Below the pieces are notes generated by a model, which was given only the letters and a program-made list of their open reading frames with translations, did no database searches and was not told where the DNA came from. Below, in pieces: positions 60,850-61,012 of a DNA stretch of 61,012 nucleotides (the first letter of the stretch is position 1; each line of letters begins with the position of its first letter). The DNA is from Tubiluchus corallicola (Eukaryota > Animalia > Priapulida), in NCBI GenBank assembly GCA_030141605.1, contig JAQGDQ010000501.1, positions 100,884 to 161,895 of the forward strand, given 5' to 3'. The position numbers and the translations under genes were made by a program.

Positions 60850-61012
60850 AACATAACATGACATGGCATGACATGACATGACATGACATGACAGGACATG
60901 ACATGACATGACATGACATGACATGACATGACATGACATGACATGACATGACATGACATGACATGACATGACATGACATGACATGACATAACATAACATA
61001 ACATAACATAAC
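60850..61012. repeat. (ACATG)n/(ACATA)n microsatellite
   Basis: Period-5 run to the window end. Confidence 0.96.

Overview
AT-rich eukaryotic genomic DNA, most likely from an invertebrate animal (spliceosomal GT-AG introns, LINE, Helitron and MITE remnants, very dense mini- and microsatellites). Almost every entry in the ORF track is a repeat artefact. Reading the splice junctions by hand gives two complete tandem paralogous 7-exon genes on the minus strand with identical intron phases (0,1,2,2,0,0). Gene A is join of 30657-30622, 29470-29398, 19597-19468, 17047-16937, 13189-13078, 12268-12008 and 7371-6802 (430 aa). Gene B is join of 59428-59390, 50910-50856, 49787-49658, 47922-47806, 41753-41627, 40481-40221 and 39501-37612 (872 aa). 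Both encode a signal peptide, a divergent 12-cysteine pentraxin/LamG-like domain at the N-terminus and a low-complexity repeat tail. The gene B tail is about 600 aa of (GYGSRPDT)n and RADGYG-type repeats, suggesting a secreted structural or adhesive protein. Three splice donors have been tandemly amplified into arrays carrying about 19, about 40 and 2 copies of the exon end plus GT donor. The window also holds a CTCF-like motif array, a foldback element, a tail-to-tail Helitron-like palindrome and a Kolobok-like MITE family. Family assignments rest on motifs recognised by eye; no database search was run.
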